A DNA stretch of 61,623 nt, counting the filler, from Sphacelaria rigidula (Eukaryota), in assembly GCA_964200075.2 (NCBI GenBank). It is 9 parts of 9 records of this genome, joined end to end, with 100 filler letters (N's around TTAATTAATTAA, not from the genome) between each part and the next. Parts side by side here need not be neighbours in the genome. Positions count along the whole stretch, not along the records: positions 27,434 to 34,191 come from CAXNAA020018223.1; positions 34,292 to 41,049 come from CAXNAA020018224.1; 7 more parts are not named here. The stretch is one strand, 5' to 3'. Every line of letters starts with the position of its first letter. The stretch's first letter is position 1. Below, one piece after another: positions 27,334 through 39,630 of the stretch. A model generated the notes under the pieces. It worked only from the letters and a program-made list of their open reading frames with translations, had not been told where the DNA came from and searched no databases. Made by a program: the position numbers and the translations under genes.

Positions 27334-27695
27334 NNNNNNNNNNNNNNNNNNNNNNNNNNNNNNNNNNNNNNNNNNNNTTAATTAATTAANNNNNNNNNNN
27401 NNNNNNNNNNNNNNNNNNNNNNNNNNNNNNNNNGCTGATGCGCCCACATATCCCGAAGGGGGTAGACTGGCGCCCAGAATAAATTGGACGACAACACACA
27501 CACATATAAGTCAGCAGCAGTCCTCGCTCGGGCTGCCCAACTCTGTTCTAAACATCTTAAGACACAGTGTAATGCGTGAGAGTACCGCGTGCCTAGATGA
27601 CCGCGCCGTAGTCCAAAACACCCCAGGATCGACGTTTTTCAAAACCAATTGGGCCAGTCCCTGAAGGGACCACGTCCCTGACCCTAGCGCCAACA

Positions 27696-27723
27696 CTAAC
27701 CCTAACCCTAACCCTAACCCTAA
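27696..27723. repeat. Short interstitial (CCCTAA)n telomere-like tract
   Basis: ctaaccctaaccctaaccctaaccctaa; degenerate versions occur near 7370 and 10220. Confidence 0.8.
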
Positions 27724-29813
27724 TCATACGGGTGTTCAAATCCCGATGCGGTCCTCTAAGCACGCGGCCCTCTCACGCATTACAAACAGCACCCCTAGCA
27801 TCTAATGCAGCAACTTGGTTTTTCCTCGCACCGCTCCGTCTTTGCTCACTCTCTGCGTGGCTGCTTGCCTCCTTTAGGGTTCGTTATAGCAATATTCAAT
27901 CGTTGTACCGTCAGAGCGCGTGATCGAAACCCGTAGTTTTGAGCTGGGACCTGGATTTGAGTCGAATAACCCGCAACTATACTATCAATTGTATAGGTGT
28001 TGGTCCGTTCGCTCGCGTACGTGGCAGTACTTTTATGCCCGCCACTCATTTCATTTGTTGCACGCATACAAATAGCCCCCCGCCCGAGCAGCTATTGTGT
28101 GCCTTGAGGTTATGCGCGACATTACCACCACGCATTACAGCCCAGATGATCCCCCTTTACACTATCGTGCGCACTTCGGCATATGATCATATGGTTTGCT
28201 TGTTGGTTCTGTTCATGCGCAAGCTGGTTAGATTTGCCCACGTTTTGCATTCTGAACATAGCTCCCGCAAGTGGGTGCCGATAGCAATCACCCGGCATGA
28301 TATACTTACAGCTTCGCCCTGTTGGTCGCTTTCTCGAGGTCTCTTTCTCAAACGCTGTCAGCACGCATGAGTGGGTTGACCCACGCCACCACAATCTGAA
28401 ACGCGAGTGACCACTGCAGCCGTCCTCGTAGTTTGCTTCCTACTGTACTGGCGCAAAACGTGAGCGCGTCGCTTCTAGCGCGCATCATGAGAGTTAGTCA
28501 CCTTGTGAGGTTGTTATCTCCACAGAAAAGTTGCATCCTGGGATGAAACAAAATCACAGTTTGTTACCTTCATTTTCATATGGAGATCGAAATCTCCCAT
28601 CGGTTGCTGCACCTTACAACCTTTTTTCTCTCAAAATTTCGCGGAAGTATCATCACCGAGAATGATCGGATTCGACGCAATAATTTCGGTTTCGAAGCAC
28701 CATGTTACAAACATAGTGGATTGCGCAGGGTTGTTATCAATGTTACATGTCTCTACCGTGCCACCGACGATTCCACACATGAATTCATTCATACAAGTAC
28801 CGAAGTTTCGCTATAATCTATACACTTCCAGACATCGTTCCTCATCTGCAGCTGATTATCCCCCAGCAAATAAAGTCTCCAGGAAGCACGTCATACTGTT
28901 TGCTCACTAATTCGTACATACTACTTTTATGTCGACTTACATCACCTAGATCTACCGCTCATGATTATTTCATCCTCACTGGTTCACCGTGATTCCGCTA
29001 ACCAACCAGAAAACGCACAGCACGAGGGGGAAGTCCAACGCAGAACAGAGCAACGCTGAACGTCAGGGTATCTTGATCACAGCTTCAGAGGCGATTCAGT
29101 TTTTCTTTCTCAATGGTGGCTTTGAGCTCGTTTCAGGTCACTTCGTTTCCTTCCTGAGGACTAAAAACCAGTGTGCCGGTTGAGTTCGAATTCTCAAAGA
29201 ATCGAGTTCAAGCCGGATGTAAAGAAACATGTTTATGTAACCGTCTTCGTACGGGCTCAAACATCCTCACCCCTGACTGCAGCACATTGCCGATTCCCGC
29301 AGTCAGCCCTCCAGGCCTTTTCCATCAAATCGACGGGCCCATCATCGTACTGCCCTACCATCACTTACGCCGCGATCCATAACATTATAGCCAAACTCAA
29401 TCGGGAGATAAACGGGATGGCTGCCCGTGTCTTCCAACAAAATCCTCAAGTTCGCTCCGCTACTGGGTACGCGGAGTGAATGGGCGTTGTAGGTGCGGAT
29501 TGAAGACCCGCCATAGGTGAGGTTTTGAAGAAGCCTGGGAGCAGGGAGCTGATGGGTTTCATGCTGCTGATGTTTCGCACAGACGCGCACTTGATAAGAT
29601 GTTTCGCTGCGGTAGTTACTTTCGGTACTATAACGGCTGGTCAGCGGTACATGATGCTCTGGACGCCATGCACTTTGGTCTGTTCTGATGAGAACGAAAC
29701 ATGTCGATGTTTGATTATTATCTCGTTGACACTACCGTACAGTAAAAATGATCATACCTTATTGTTGCTATCGCTGCCGAACTGTGTTGTCTATGTGCTG
29801 TTTCCCGTGTGCT

Positions 29814-30063
29814 GAGTCGTGCTACGATAGGGGGGGGGGATTCTGGGCCGTTTTCTTCCACGAAATTCCACTTGTAATCGTCGTTAACAGCAGCAACTGT
29901 TGTTTAAACGCGCTTGCTTCTGATAGATAACGCTCATTCATACTGCTTGACGCCGCTTTCACCCAAATACAAGCGCACCGCGAGTGTGTCGGGTCGTCTG
30001 AAGCGTTTTTGAGCCCATTTTTTCGTGGCATCAAACACCCCCCCCCCTATCGTAGCATGACTC
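29814..30063. mobile_element. GAG...CTC MITE with G-run subtermini, 4-bp TSD (Sola2-like)
   Basis: TIR GAGTCGTGCTACGATAGGGGGGG / CCCCCCCTATCGTAGCATGACTC; TSD TGCT on both sides; single termini of the same family at about 13795-13820 and 54722-54765. Confidence 0.85.
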
Positions 30064-31799
30064 TGCTATTGAGGGCAAGTAGCGTGGAAGAGGTCATGTG
30101 AAGACACAATGACTTGGTAGCTGCGTGTACTGTTAGGAGGAACGCACAGCGGTCATACAAAACGATGACTTCGACTGTTTGCCAAACGCATTGGATCAGG
30201 TGGACGGTAAACAAGGGCAGCTCCTTTTGTACAGGGGGGGTCATGTTTGTCGTGCTGCTTCTGAGTTCTCTATTTGCGTTCACCGAGAAACAACCGATTT
30301 ATTTGCTTGTGCATGTGTACTTGCAAAAGCCACGTGCCAACAAACTGTGGACACAGTACTGCGGACTTATTGACTGGCCGACAAAATAAATGGAAACGGT
30401 AGAAGTGCACGGTGCTTGCCTATAAGCTTGTCGAAGCAAGGTGGTACGCAGCATGCTGACCTATTTGTGTGTTGCATACGATTCGCACTTTTCCAATTTG
30501 TGCTGAACGGCATGTGAAAGTACACAATGCACTTGCCACCAGACCCGTCCAAATAAATCGGAAAAGTTACTTGTGAGTGAAATGCAGTTATCCCGGCATC
30601 AAGCAGTTATTCCGGCGTGGGGCAGGTCATTAAAGGTACCTCTGCCTGTTATAGAGCCCTCCTGGACATAGAACAAGGTCACAAGATTCCTCCAAGGGCT
30701 TCCTCCCTCACTAGGGCCTGGAGACTTCAAGAAAGTTGTTATTCATAAACACACAGCCTCCGTTATCGGAAATAACCACTTGCGTGAAGCATGTGATGTT
30801 CAAATCCACATCGTCTGCCGATCAGACCCGCAAGTCCGTCAACCAATAGAAAACGCCTCCAGCAGATTGTTCCACTGGTAGATCATCATGAACCTGCACG
30901 TACGTGTACTGGAGGTGGACGACTCTACAGCACCCCCAAAACTCCGCACTACTCGAAGTAGAAAGCGAGTTTGACAAACAGTAGACACCGCAAATACGTT
31001 CATGCTACCTTTGTCCGTCTGTTGGTGACACATGACCATGCTATGTTATGTTCACAAAGATAATGATCATTCGTAAAACACTGAACAAGGACACTTGAAC
31101 ACAGCGTGTCAATCGAATTTAGTGGAGTCAATAATTCATTCAACGGTAATTTCCAGTCGTGGCATGCTCACACAAAGCAAACGCGCCGAGGATAATACCA
31201 TTTCAAACCGTAGCATTCGATCATACCATGCACTCAAAGCTTGACACCGTACTTTGCCGACAACCGTGCCCGCACCTTTTGACTCAGTTCCAACTGACGC
31301 AGCTCAGAACAAATATGCGGTGCTCCTTCCAGAAAAAGGGGCACACCATCCACATTCTCCGTTTTCCAGATGCGAAACACCACCTATGCACTTATCCAAA
31401 CACATGACAAGCCATCAAAGATGTACCACAGTAAAAGATCACTGTATTCGCGCACGATTTCTTTTATCGTCAACCTCTGGAAATACTCACGTTATACTTG
31501 TTCACATACAAGCCTACGCATTTCGTAGTTTCCGCTCATTTTCACGCCAGCAGCAGCAATCACCATCTCTTACAGTCAGTTTCTGCAACCGCACAAAGAT
31601 GATTCCACTTTATGCGCGAACAATAATATACGAGCTTTATTACATTCAGCACACAGCAGTGTATTTAAAACTGCCTCACCCTGACTCTTCATCAGACACC
31701 ATGCACATCAGTCACACTTGCATGCTCATATTTCACTCAGCAGCTTCTTTGCAGAAACCACCCTGTATCATGCGTGCCAACCAGCGCAACACAACAGAC

Positions 31800-34191
31800 A
31801 GATCCAGGAACCACACCACCACCACCTACAATCGCCCGCAAGAAGATTCAGGTATACAAGTCACAATGTGCTTCCTCATTCTTAACAAGCAATCCCACTA
31901 GCACTTGCTCCTTAACATCACCCAACCCGGCGCTCGCCGCAACATCGAGCACCTCAGGTAATGCCTGCCTTGTAATTCTCTTGCGCTCCTCCTGAGAAAC
32001 AGCAGCTCTCCGGCTACAATCTCGTCCACACCGTAGAGTAGCATTTCCACTCCAATAGTCGCTCCTCGCATCATAGATGAAGCTAGAGCTCTCACAGCTG
32101 TCCCGAAAACCAGTGTGCAATGCCTACTGCACGGCAGGTACCAAACCCACCCAGGCGTTGGCATCGCGTCTTCCTCTCTACATTATAACCTTCAAGGTAC
32201 GAACAATGTCACGCACCATTCGCTCACTTTCACGATGTGACAACCGCGAGTTGGCCACCACGAATCTACGATCCATCAGCACCTTCTTGAGCACTCTCAC
32301 CACACGATTCTCATATTGCGATACCTTATCGCTGACCCCCCCCTCCTGCGGCCCCAGCACTTTGCACCATGTCAACAGATGCTTCACCGTCGTTGCCGCC
32401 GTACAAGACTCAGCGGGCGTCAACCGCACAAAGTCGCTAAGTTCATCCATCCTTCCCAATATGTACTTGAACGGATCTCCTTTGTCCAAGCCATTATCTC
32501 CCAGCAGACCACCCTCGCCAACACTGAGAAAATTGGAATGAAGCACCTTCCCTGGGCGAGCACCATGCACCACCTCCTTCTGGTGACGGGAAACTTCCTC
32601 CCCCGCCTTGTGTGCACTCATCCAGCGAAAACAGGACTTCTTGGGGGTTGCAATCGCCGCTCTCGCCCATTCTACCTGCAAACTGCAGTACACGAGCCCG
32701 AGCGCCACCAATGTTGCGATGCAGCGTGCCAACCGCGCCATCCTGACCGGAAAGTACGCCCTCGGCCGAGCCTTTGCCTCCACAGCAGCAGGTTTGAATT
32801 TCCCCTTCAAGGGCTCGACGCGATCAGGCGGATGACCATGCAGCACTCGCCTGAAAATGCTCGCTCTGTTCCGTACAGGCTCACGAATCTGGCTCACGTC
32901 GCTATCCGATATACCGTTACCCGCGGCGGCTTGTACTGCCTCCTCCGGCGCAACATCAAGCTCAGCAAGCTCTTGTTCCGGGGATATTCTCATCGCCGGA
33001 CTTCTCGACAACAACCGCTCGACTGAGGAATAAACGGGCTCCGCCCGACCTCCTGGTTGCTGTAAAGCGTCAACCGCCGTACTGACACGCCGACAGTCCG
33101 TAAAATCAGGCGTATTTATACCTCGTACCGAAGTGTTTCTTCCACGTGCACAGGCACCAAAGCTACTGTACACGTCAATGCCCAGCACCCCCAGCGTAGG
33201 GCTCCCCATGATGATCACATCATCTGTACCCGGCATGACCGCATATGAACATGGGTCCAGCACAACCGGTCCCTAGCTGGTGTGTACAGCGGTTCGGATA
33301 GGGTAAGTTTTCTGCTTCACGCGTTCAACATTGCCGTTAGCCAGTGTCACCAGCTGTTCATCAACCATCGGTGTGACCACTCGAACATCTGGAACCATAG
33401 CTTGCAATTTCGCCGCTACACCCACTGACATGGTCGTAATTACAGATCTCGAGTCGAAAATGGCCTTGACCGGACAAACACCCTTTACCCCTGCACTCGG
33501 GATAGACAAGTCGGCAAGACACCACCTTTCCTCGTTACCTATTTGCAGACCCTCAGATTGAAAACCTGACATCTCACCCGCTTTGAGCGACCTCCATCCT
33601 GGCACCGCCTCAGATTTCGAACCCGGGGACGAGTGCGATGACATGGTCTGCTGCACGCCACCAGTAGAAGCGACCGGTTCTGGTGGCAACGTCACCCCCC
33701 CGCTGGGAGCACTTTGTCCATCGACTGAAAAGACAGCCCTTGTAGGGGCGGGGCTCGTGCCCCCTCCGCGAGGCACCTGTCCAGGGCCCTGCCACAGTTG
33801 CTGTTGTTGCTGCTGCGTGTCGCCGGCCTTCGACTGCCCACCTGTAGTATGTTGTGGAGCAGCATCTTGACTTTGCTGCTTACAATCCTTCACGAAGTGG
33901 CCCTTGTCTCCACATGAGAACCAACCTGCATAGCTTGGGCCCGGTTTCCGAGATTTCCCGGAACTGGCAGTCTCACTGCCAGCGGTCGCCGTTTTTCCAC
34001 CATTCGGTTCACGCTTGGATCCGGAGGTCCCGCTACCGCCCTTTTGTTTCAGCTGCGGCTGCTGACGGCGCTGCTTATCCGCCGCTTCCACCGTCTTCCA
34101 TGCCTCCGCTGCTTCCCGAACCGTGTTATACACAAGCCCAGGGTCCTCCTTCCACCCCCCCTTCATGTTCAACATGTTGAGGACTTTGGTT
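31800..34191 (-). mobile_element. Degenerate Ty3/Gypsy LTR retrotransposon (gag knuckle, protease, RT start, large internal deletion, integrase core, possible chromodomain)
   Basis: SCGDKGHFVKDC knuckle; AIFDSRS protease motif; RT N-terminus KARPRAY...WARAAIATPKK fused directly to integrase (FKYILGRMDELSDFVRL...SDKVSQY...SERMVRDI); order PR-RT-IN. Confidence 0.85.
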
Positions 34192-34291
34192 NNNNNNNNN
34201 NNNNNNNNNNNNNNNNNNNNNNNNNNNNNNNNNNNTTAATTAATTAANNNNNNNNNNNNNNNNNNNNNNNNNNNNNNNNNNNNNNNNNNNN

Positions 34292-37200
34292 CCCCGCCCC
34301 CCCCCCCCCCGCGCGGGGACGGTGAAGGCACTTCGCCCCCTCCACTACTGATGGAAATCTGCGGTGCTGCTCCGCCCCTCCCACTAACGGAACTCGGTGG
34401 GGAGGACGGCGCGCATGAGGAACCGCTGGGCGAAGGGTCCACTGTCGAGCTTTCCGTCCTGTCTTCACCCGCATCCTGACCTTGATCGACGCTGGAATCC
34501 TTCAGCTCGCCCGGCGTCTGGACCGCTTGCTGTAGTGTGCGAGGGGGAGCAGCGAACGGACGTGCCCATGTTACATGTCTTGTCACGGAGATAGTTCCTC
34601 GTACAGTCAGAACTCGCATCGCGTCACGTGGATAGCCTGGGGCTGGGCTCAAGTACCAGCATTTTTCGACCTTCGGCTGTAATTTATTTTGTTGGCTTCC
34701 TCCTACAAAAACCGGACTTCAAGAATGGAATGAGATCATCTTCCGGTGTCGATCCGTACCACATCTCATGCGGTGATTTGTGGTGCGGGTTAGCCGAGGT
34801 AGCGGTACACTTCAGGGCGTGACACGCCCATTTTGCCTCTTCAGCCCACAGGCTGTCACCATTTGGGATGCGCTCATCTGGGTACAGCTCAGACGCTTGG
34901 ATTCTGGCCGCAAGGCCTGCTGTTTCGATAATACCCAACGCTCGCTCTGCAACACCGTTGAACTGGGGTGAGTCGGCAGTTGTCTTCTCCTGCTTAATCT
35001 TTCCCCTGTCGCACAGTTCACTAAATGCACCCTCCGAAAGTTCACCCCCGTCATCGCTACGGACTGTCTCAACTTTTCTCGGAGAGACCCATGCAATGTA
35101 TTTCGCAAAGTATTTCTCTGCCTCATCCTTCTTCCGGAGGAAATACAGTTTTGTGTGCCGTGAGTGATCATCTCGGGCTATCATCGTGTACGACTTTCCC
35201 CCGTACGATTTGACTGGTTTCGGCCCGGAAATATAAACAAACACCCTAGACGCTGACTTAGCTGCTCTCGTGTGCGTCGATCTTGGAATCGGTGCCCGCA
35301 GTCCCTTCGCCTTTGAGCAGCCGCGGCAAGGCTGCCAGCTCCCCAGCGAGCTGCTTTCCCTGCTGCTTCGCCGTCTTCCTCAGTAAATCCTCGTGGACGT
35401 GAGCGTGGGAGTGGAACTCGTTGATGTCAGCGGTCTGGGGGCTAGGCGGAGCCCCCGGGGTACTAACAGCATATGCCGAAGCACACTTGTCACTATCACT
35501 TTGATCGATGCGGCGGGCGTACATTCTGAGTTGACGTGGTTGTCCGGGTATTATCAGTGCATTTCCTGAATTGAGATCTACCCTGAAACCTGTACGAAAA
35601 CCAGTGTAGGTGTGTCCCATGCGTTGAACCCTCGTGAGTGACAAGAGGTGATGACGGACACCAGGTACATGGTCAACATCCACCAGTTTTAGGATTACAT
35701 CCTGTCCATCAGATCTGAAGGCAAGAGACAAATTCCCTCTGCCTACGATCGGATAAGTACTACCTCCCGCGCACCGTAGTACCCTACCCTTGCACTCTCT
35801 GTACTCCGCCATCCCAGGGGAATTGTGGGAGAAATGCTGGGTAGCCCCCGTGTCAAATACCCACGGTTCGCCCTCACCCTGCTGACTATCAGCCCCCCGC
35901 TCAACACTCAATGCATACTCGCGTGTGTCGTCGTTGATGGTGGTGTCAAGAGAGGTGAAAGCCCCCCCATCCGCCACCGAACAGACGGAGGAGCTGTCGC
36001 TGTCGTCGGCCGCGCCCGTCGCCATCACCGCGTCTTCTTTCTTCGCTGTCGATCTCGGGCAGTCCCAGAACGTATGCCCCTGCTGACCGCACCCCCCGCA
36101 GTATCTCTGCGGGTAGTTCCTGGCTCGATGCGTCGCGTTCTCATCGCAAATGTGGCCGCGGAACAGCTGCCCAGTCGTCGGTTTTCCGTCCGACGATGCC
36201 GACCCAGAGCTACTTGAACTCTGGCTCCCGCCGTTTTTCTGACCAGAACCCTGGGGTTTTTCCGGTTTTCCCTTGCGGTGCGCACCGCTCGGTTTTCCGG
36301 TCCCACCCCTGGCAAGGAGAGCCTGGTCGCCCGGGGATGACTTCTTTCCTCGGGAAAGTTTCTGCTTCAAAGATGTTGATTCGAAGCGCTTCCGGATCGA
36401 AGTCAACACAACCTCCCGTGTCAGCGGTCCCTCTGGATCCTCGAGCAATTGCTTCTGAATATGATACTCGAAGGGCAACGCGTTGAGGAGTTTCAAGAGA
36501 AAATGATTTTTACTTAGTCGTTCATGCTCCTCGCATGAATTCAGGTTACGTGCAAGTTCCTCCATCTCGAGAAGCTTCTGCTCTGGATCATCACGGACAC
36601 CAATCTTGACTCCATCGAAATTTTTCAACAAAGCGGTTCTCGCCCCATTTGTTTTGAGGCGAAAGACATCCTCGAGTTTTCTCCAAACCGCAGCAGGTGA
36701 GTGGATTCTAATCAAAATATCTTGCTCCCTCCTTCCTTCTAAACTAGCTACAAGCATTCGTCTGGCCCTTACGTTGGCTGCCACTGTGTCCTTCCCATAT
36801 CTGCTCTTTAGATACCCCATTTCTATCTCAGGATTACCGACGTCTACATCGTAAGACCTATCGCCGGCCATGGTGAACACCCAGCCAACTCCTCCGCTCC
36901 TTGCGAAGTTGACCAGTTCGTGCCTGTACCGAGCATAATCAGCGCTCTTACCTGAAAATTTTGGGACGTTCTGTCGGAAAGCGGGAGCCCCTGACACATT
37001 TCCACTTGTATCGTTTATTTGGATTGATTCACGTGCGGGGACAAAGCCCCTAGCTTCGTCACTGGTGGCCTCATTGTCCATTGCGTCGCGCGCTCCGTCC
37101 TCTGGAACAGCTTGACTTCCAACGTATCGTCGCTCCCATCGAACTCCAGCACCACGTCGCTTCGCTCGCTGTTATATTTATGTTAAATTCCCCCTGTTGA

Positions 37201-37680
37201 CTACGGGAACCTTCACTATCGAGGACGCCGTTGTTTTCTGCGCCCCCGGCCTCTCTTTCGAACCTCATATTGTCCATGTTACTCTGTGATGTAGCTTGGC
37301 TTAGCTGCATATCACGCATGAGCTGAGCCAAGGAACTGATCTGACTACGTACTTCTCGCAACTCCTCAGTAACACCCTGCTCACCCCTAACTGTAGCAGG
37401 CCTATCACCTTGTTTCGCCATTCTGCCCAACCGGTTGTAACACTAGTGTATTCCGTGGCCCGTGGCGAAGGATAGATGGTTTTATCTTTTGTATTATTGG
37501 TGAGTGCCTAGACTGAGTCGACCCTATGACTGAGGGATCAGATGTCGAGTGAGCTCAGCAGGCACCGTGGTAGCTGCCATAAGCGGGGTACTGTAGTCAC
37601 ACACACTCGACTACCAGTACCCGCACGTCCGAATGAATCTATCTGCACATGTGCATGCTCACCCAGTGCACCTGTTCACA
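34292..37680 (-). mobile_element. Ty1/Copia LTR retrotransposon, 5' half (putative LTR 37436-37680, gag, protease, GAG-pre-integrase, integrase); truncated by contig end
   Basis: ORF 35258-37081: Copia gag (LLNALPFEYH), CGGCGQQGHTFWDC knuckle, WVFDTGATQH protease. ORF 34684-35244: integrase (RDDHSR...RSDDGGE...PQFNGVAER). Putative LTR is bounded by TGT...ACA. Confidence 0.9.
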
Positions 37681-37684
37681 TGAA

Positions 37685-37901
37685 CAACCTCCATACCCTG
37701 CCCGACAGTTTCTGTGAGTTCTGTAAGCCTCCCATACCGCACCCGACAAGTTCTGCAATGTCTGTAATATTTTCAAACCGATACCTGGCAGTTTTTTTAA
37801 TTTCTGTGAGACTTTCATACCGGTACCCTATATTTCTTCAAGTTATGTAAGGAGTCTCATACCCTACGGAACATACCCGCTTCCTACAGGACACGGCCTT
37901 G
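37685..37901. repeat. Degenerate tandem-repeat element (ttctgtgagttctgtaag...ataccg units) ending in CCTTG
   Basis: Internal short imperfect repeats; terminus resembles the CAAGG-type TIR. Confidence 0.5.
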
Positions 37902-38122
37902 CATGATTCTGCAAAGCACAATTATTGCTTAATATAGCAGCATCTGACTCCTTGGCTCATGTTTGCGATCATGGTTGTGATTTTGATCGGAATCAACGGC
38001 GCCTACAGTTGTGCTTTTCAAAGCTTGGTACGAGTAATTGTCTCCGACGCTCCCAATTTGAACGGATGAGACTGCTGACCTATTGCATCCATACATCGAT
38101 TTATATCATGTCCTCCGGACAG

Positions 38123-39630
38123 GTGGTACAGCAACTGTATACCTCGGGCCTCCATTCCGCCCAACTCGTACCACATCCGTTGTTGTAAGTGGATTTCGAC
38201 GGACAGACTCCGAATGAGTCAGCCAGATGGGGCGGGGGAGGAACGGCGACGCCGCGGACGGCGGCAACTGCGGCACGCGGAGATTTCGACGGCAGAGGTT
38301 TCGCAGGGCCGACACCGCGGACATATCTTGCGGCGGTGATAGACGGACGGGGGAGCGGGGCTGCGTCGGTGCCGACGACGGTGCTAAGGGTGGGTGTTGG
38401 CACCCGCGCGACGGTTCGGAAGACTCCACCATCGCATATTGCGGTGCTGACAGGCAGCGGGCAAACGGCGGCAGCGGACCTAGATCTGCGTGGTACGGCG
38501 CTTCCCCAGCCTTCCAGTCTTGACTGCCACACCCACCTGCTGTGGTGGCGTAATGGCAGTGGGCCTGATCAGAGTATCCACAGCGCAGCTGGACCCAGAA
38601 CAGGTGAGGGTGAGATGTCCACAGTCCACTTCATCATCCACTCCGAGAGGTTGTTCAAGAAGCACTTGAAGAAGCGGCTGGTGACTTCGATCGATACTGA
38701 TCAGTAGATCATTGTGTTGCTAGCAATGTCCTTCGGGTATATAACGCCGCAGGGCTCCGACGCAGTGCAAGTCACTGTCAAACGATTGTGAGCGGTGGCC
38801 CCCGGTACATCCCCGAGGACAGGGAGTATAGCTCCACCGAGAATCTGACGGATGGGAGTGAAAGTGCTTGGCTGCCCGCCGGACAGTATACGTGGTTGAC
38901 GCCATCTGAAGGTAGCATCATTCGTGTTGACCTACGTTTTGGCTGGATGCGACTTCTCACCATATGTATCCAGGATTCCTTTCCTCAAGCTGTGGGATTT
39001 CGTGCTGAAGGCCCTGCGTACGCCGAATCTGCTTACAACACCGATACTCACGGAAGAGGACGACATCCTGAGAGTGGACATCGACGAGGGCGTGAAGCCG
39101 CCCGCCGCCATTTTCTTTTCCAGGCACGAAAACGCTTCTACGCAAATCGCCACGCTGAGGCTTCTCTTCGCCACGGGGGGGTGGGACTTGAGATCGTATG
39201 TCGACAAGATCCGCCTGTGTATCACCACAGTACATGGGCATATGCCTTCCCGGTGCTGCCCAGGCTTGGTTGCCTGTCGGAAGCACGTGAGTAAGTTTGA
39301 CGCGGTATTCGAACACTGGGCAGGGAGGTTTCAGCAGAAGATGCCCACGGCGGACTTCAACGACCGCGGTTGGGTTGATGAACCACAGAAGAAGACTCAT
39401 CACAAGCGGGGTATAAAAGTGGCGAGCAGACAGGCAGAGGCGCTCACGCGGGACAACATCGTTATTTCTTTATCAAGCCACACGTTTGTTGATGGGTCCG
39501 GGAACGTGCGGACCCTGAGGTGCTCATAAAACCCGGCAAAGGCGCCACAGAGAGACCACCTCTGCAAAAAATGCAGGTGTCTGGGGAACTGCACGCTGAG
39601 CTGCGGTTGCCAGGGTCGCTGCTTGCTGCC
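38123..39630 (+). mobile_element. Academ-like DNA transposon protein, C-terminal half: XPG/FEN-like PIN nuclease plus Cys-rich CXC finger (pseudogenised)
   Basis: Motifs in order: GEGEM, SIDTDQ, RYIP, VLAGCDF, PGLVACRKH...W...RGW, then CS*...CKKCRCLGNCTLSCGCQGRC in the same frame as GCDF. Two frameshifts and in-frame stops. Confidence 0.65.

Noticed and set aside
27696-27723. True telomere
   Set aside because: Only 4-5 units, internal to the contig and flanked by repeat-like sequence
29020-31040. Exon-like fragments with stops (e.g. SALQAFSIK...FGTITAGQR on plus; VHDDLPVEQ... on minus)
   Set aside because: No recognisable motif and no consistent gene model could be assembled
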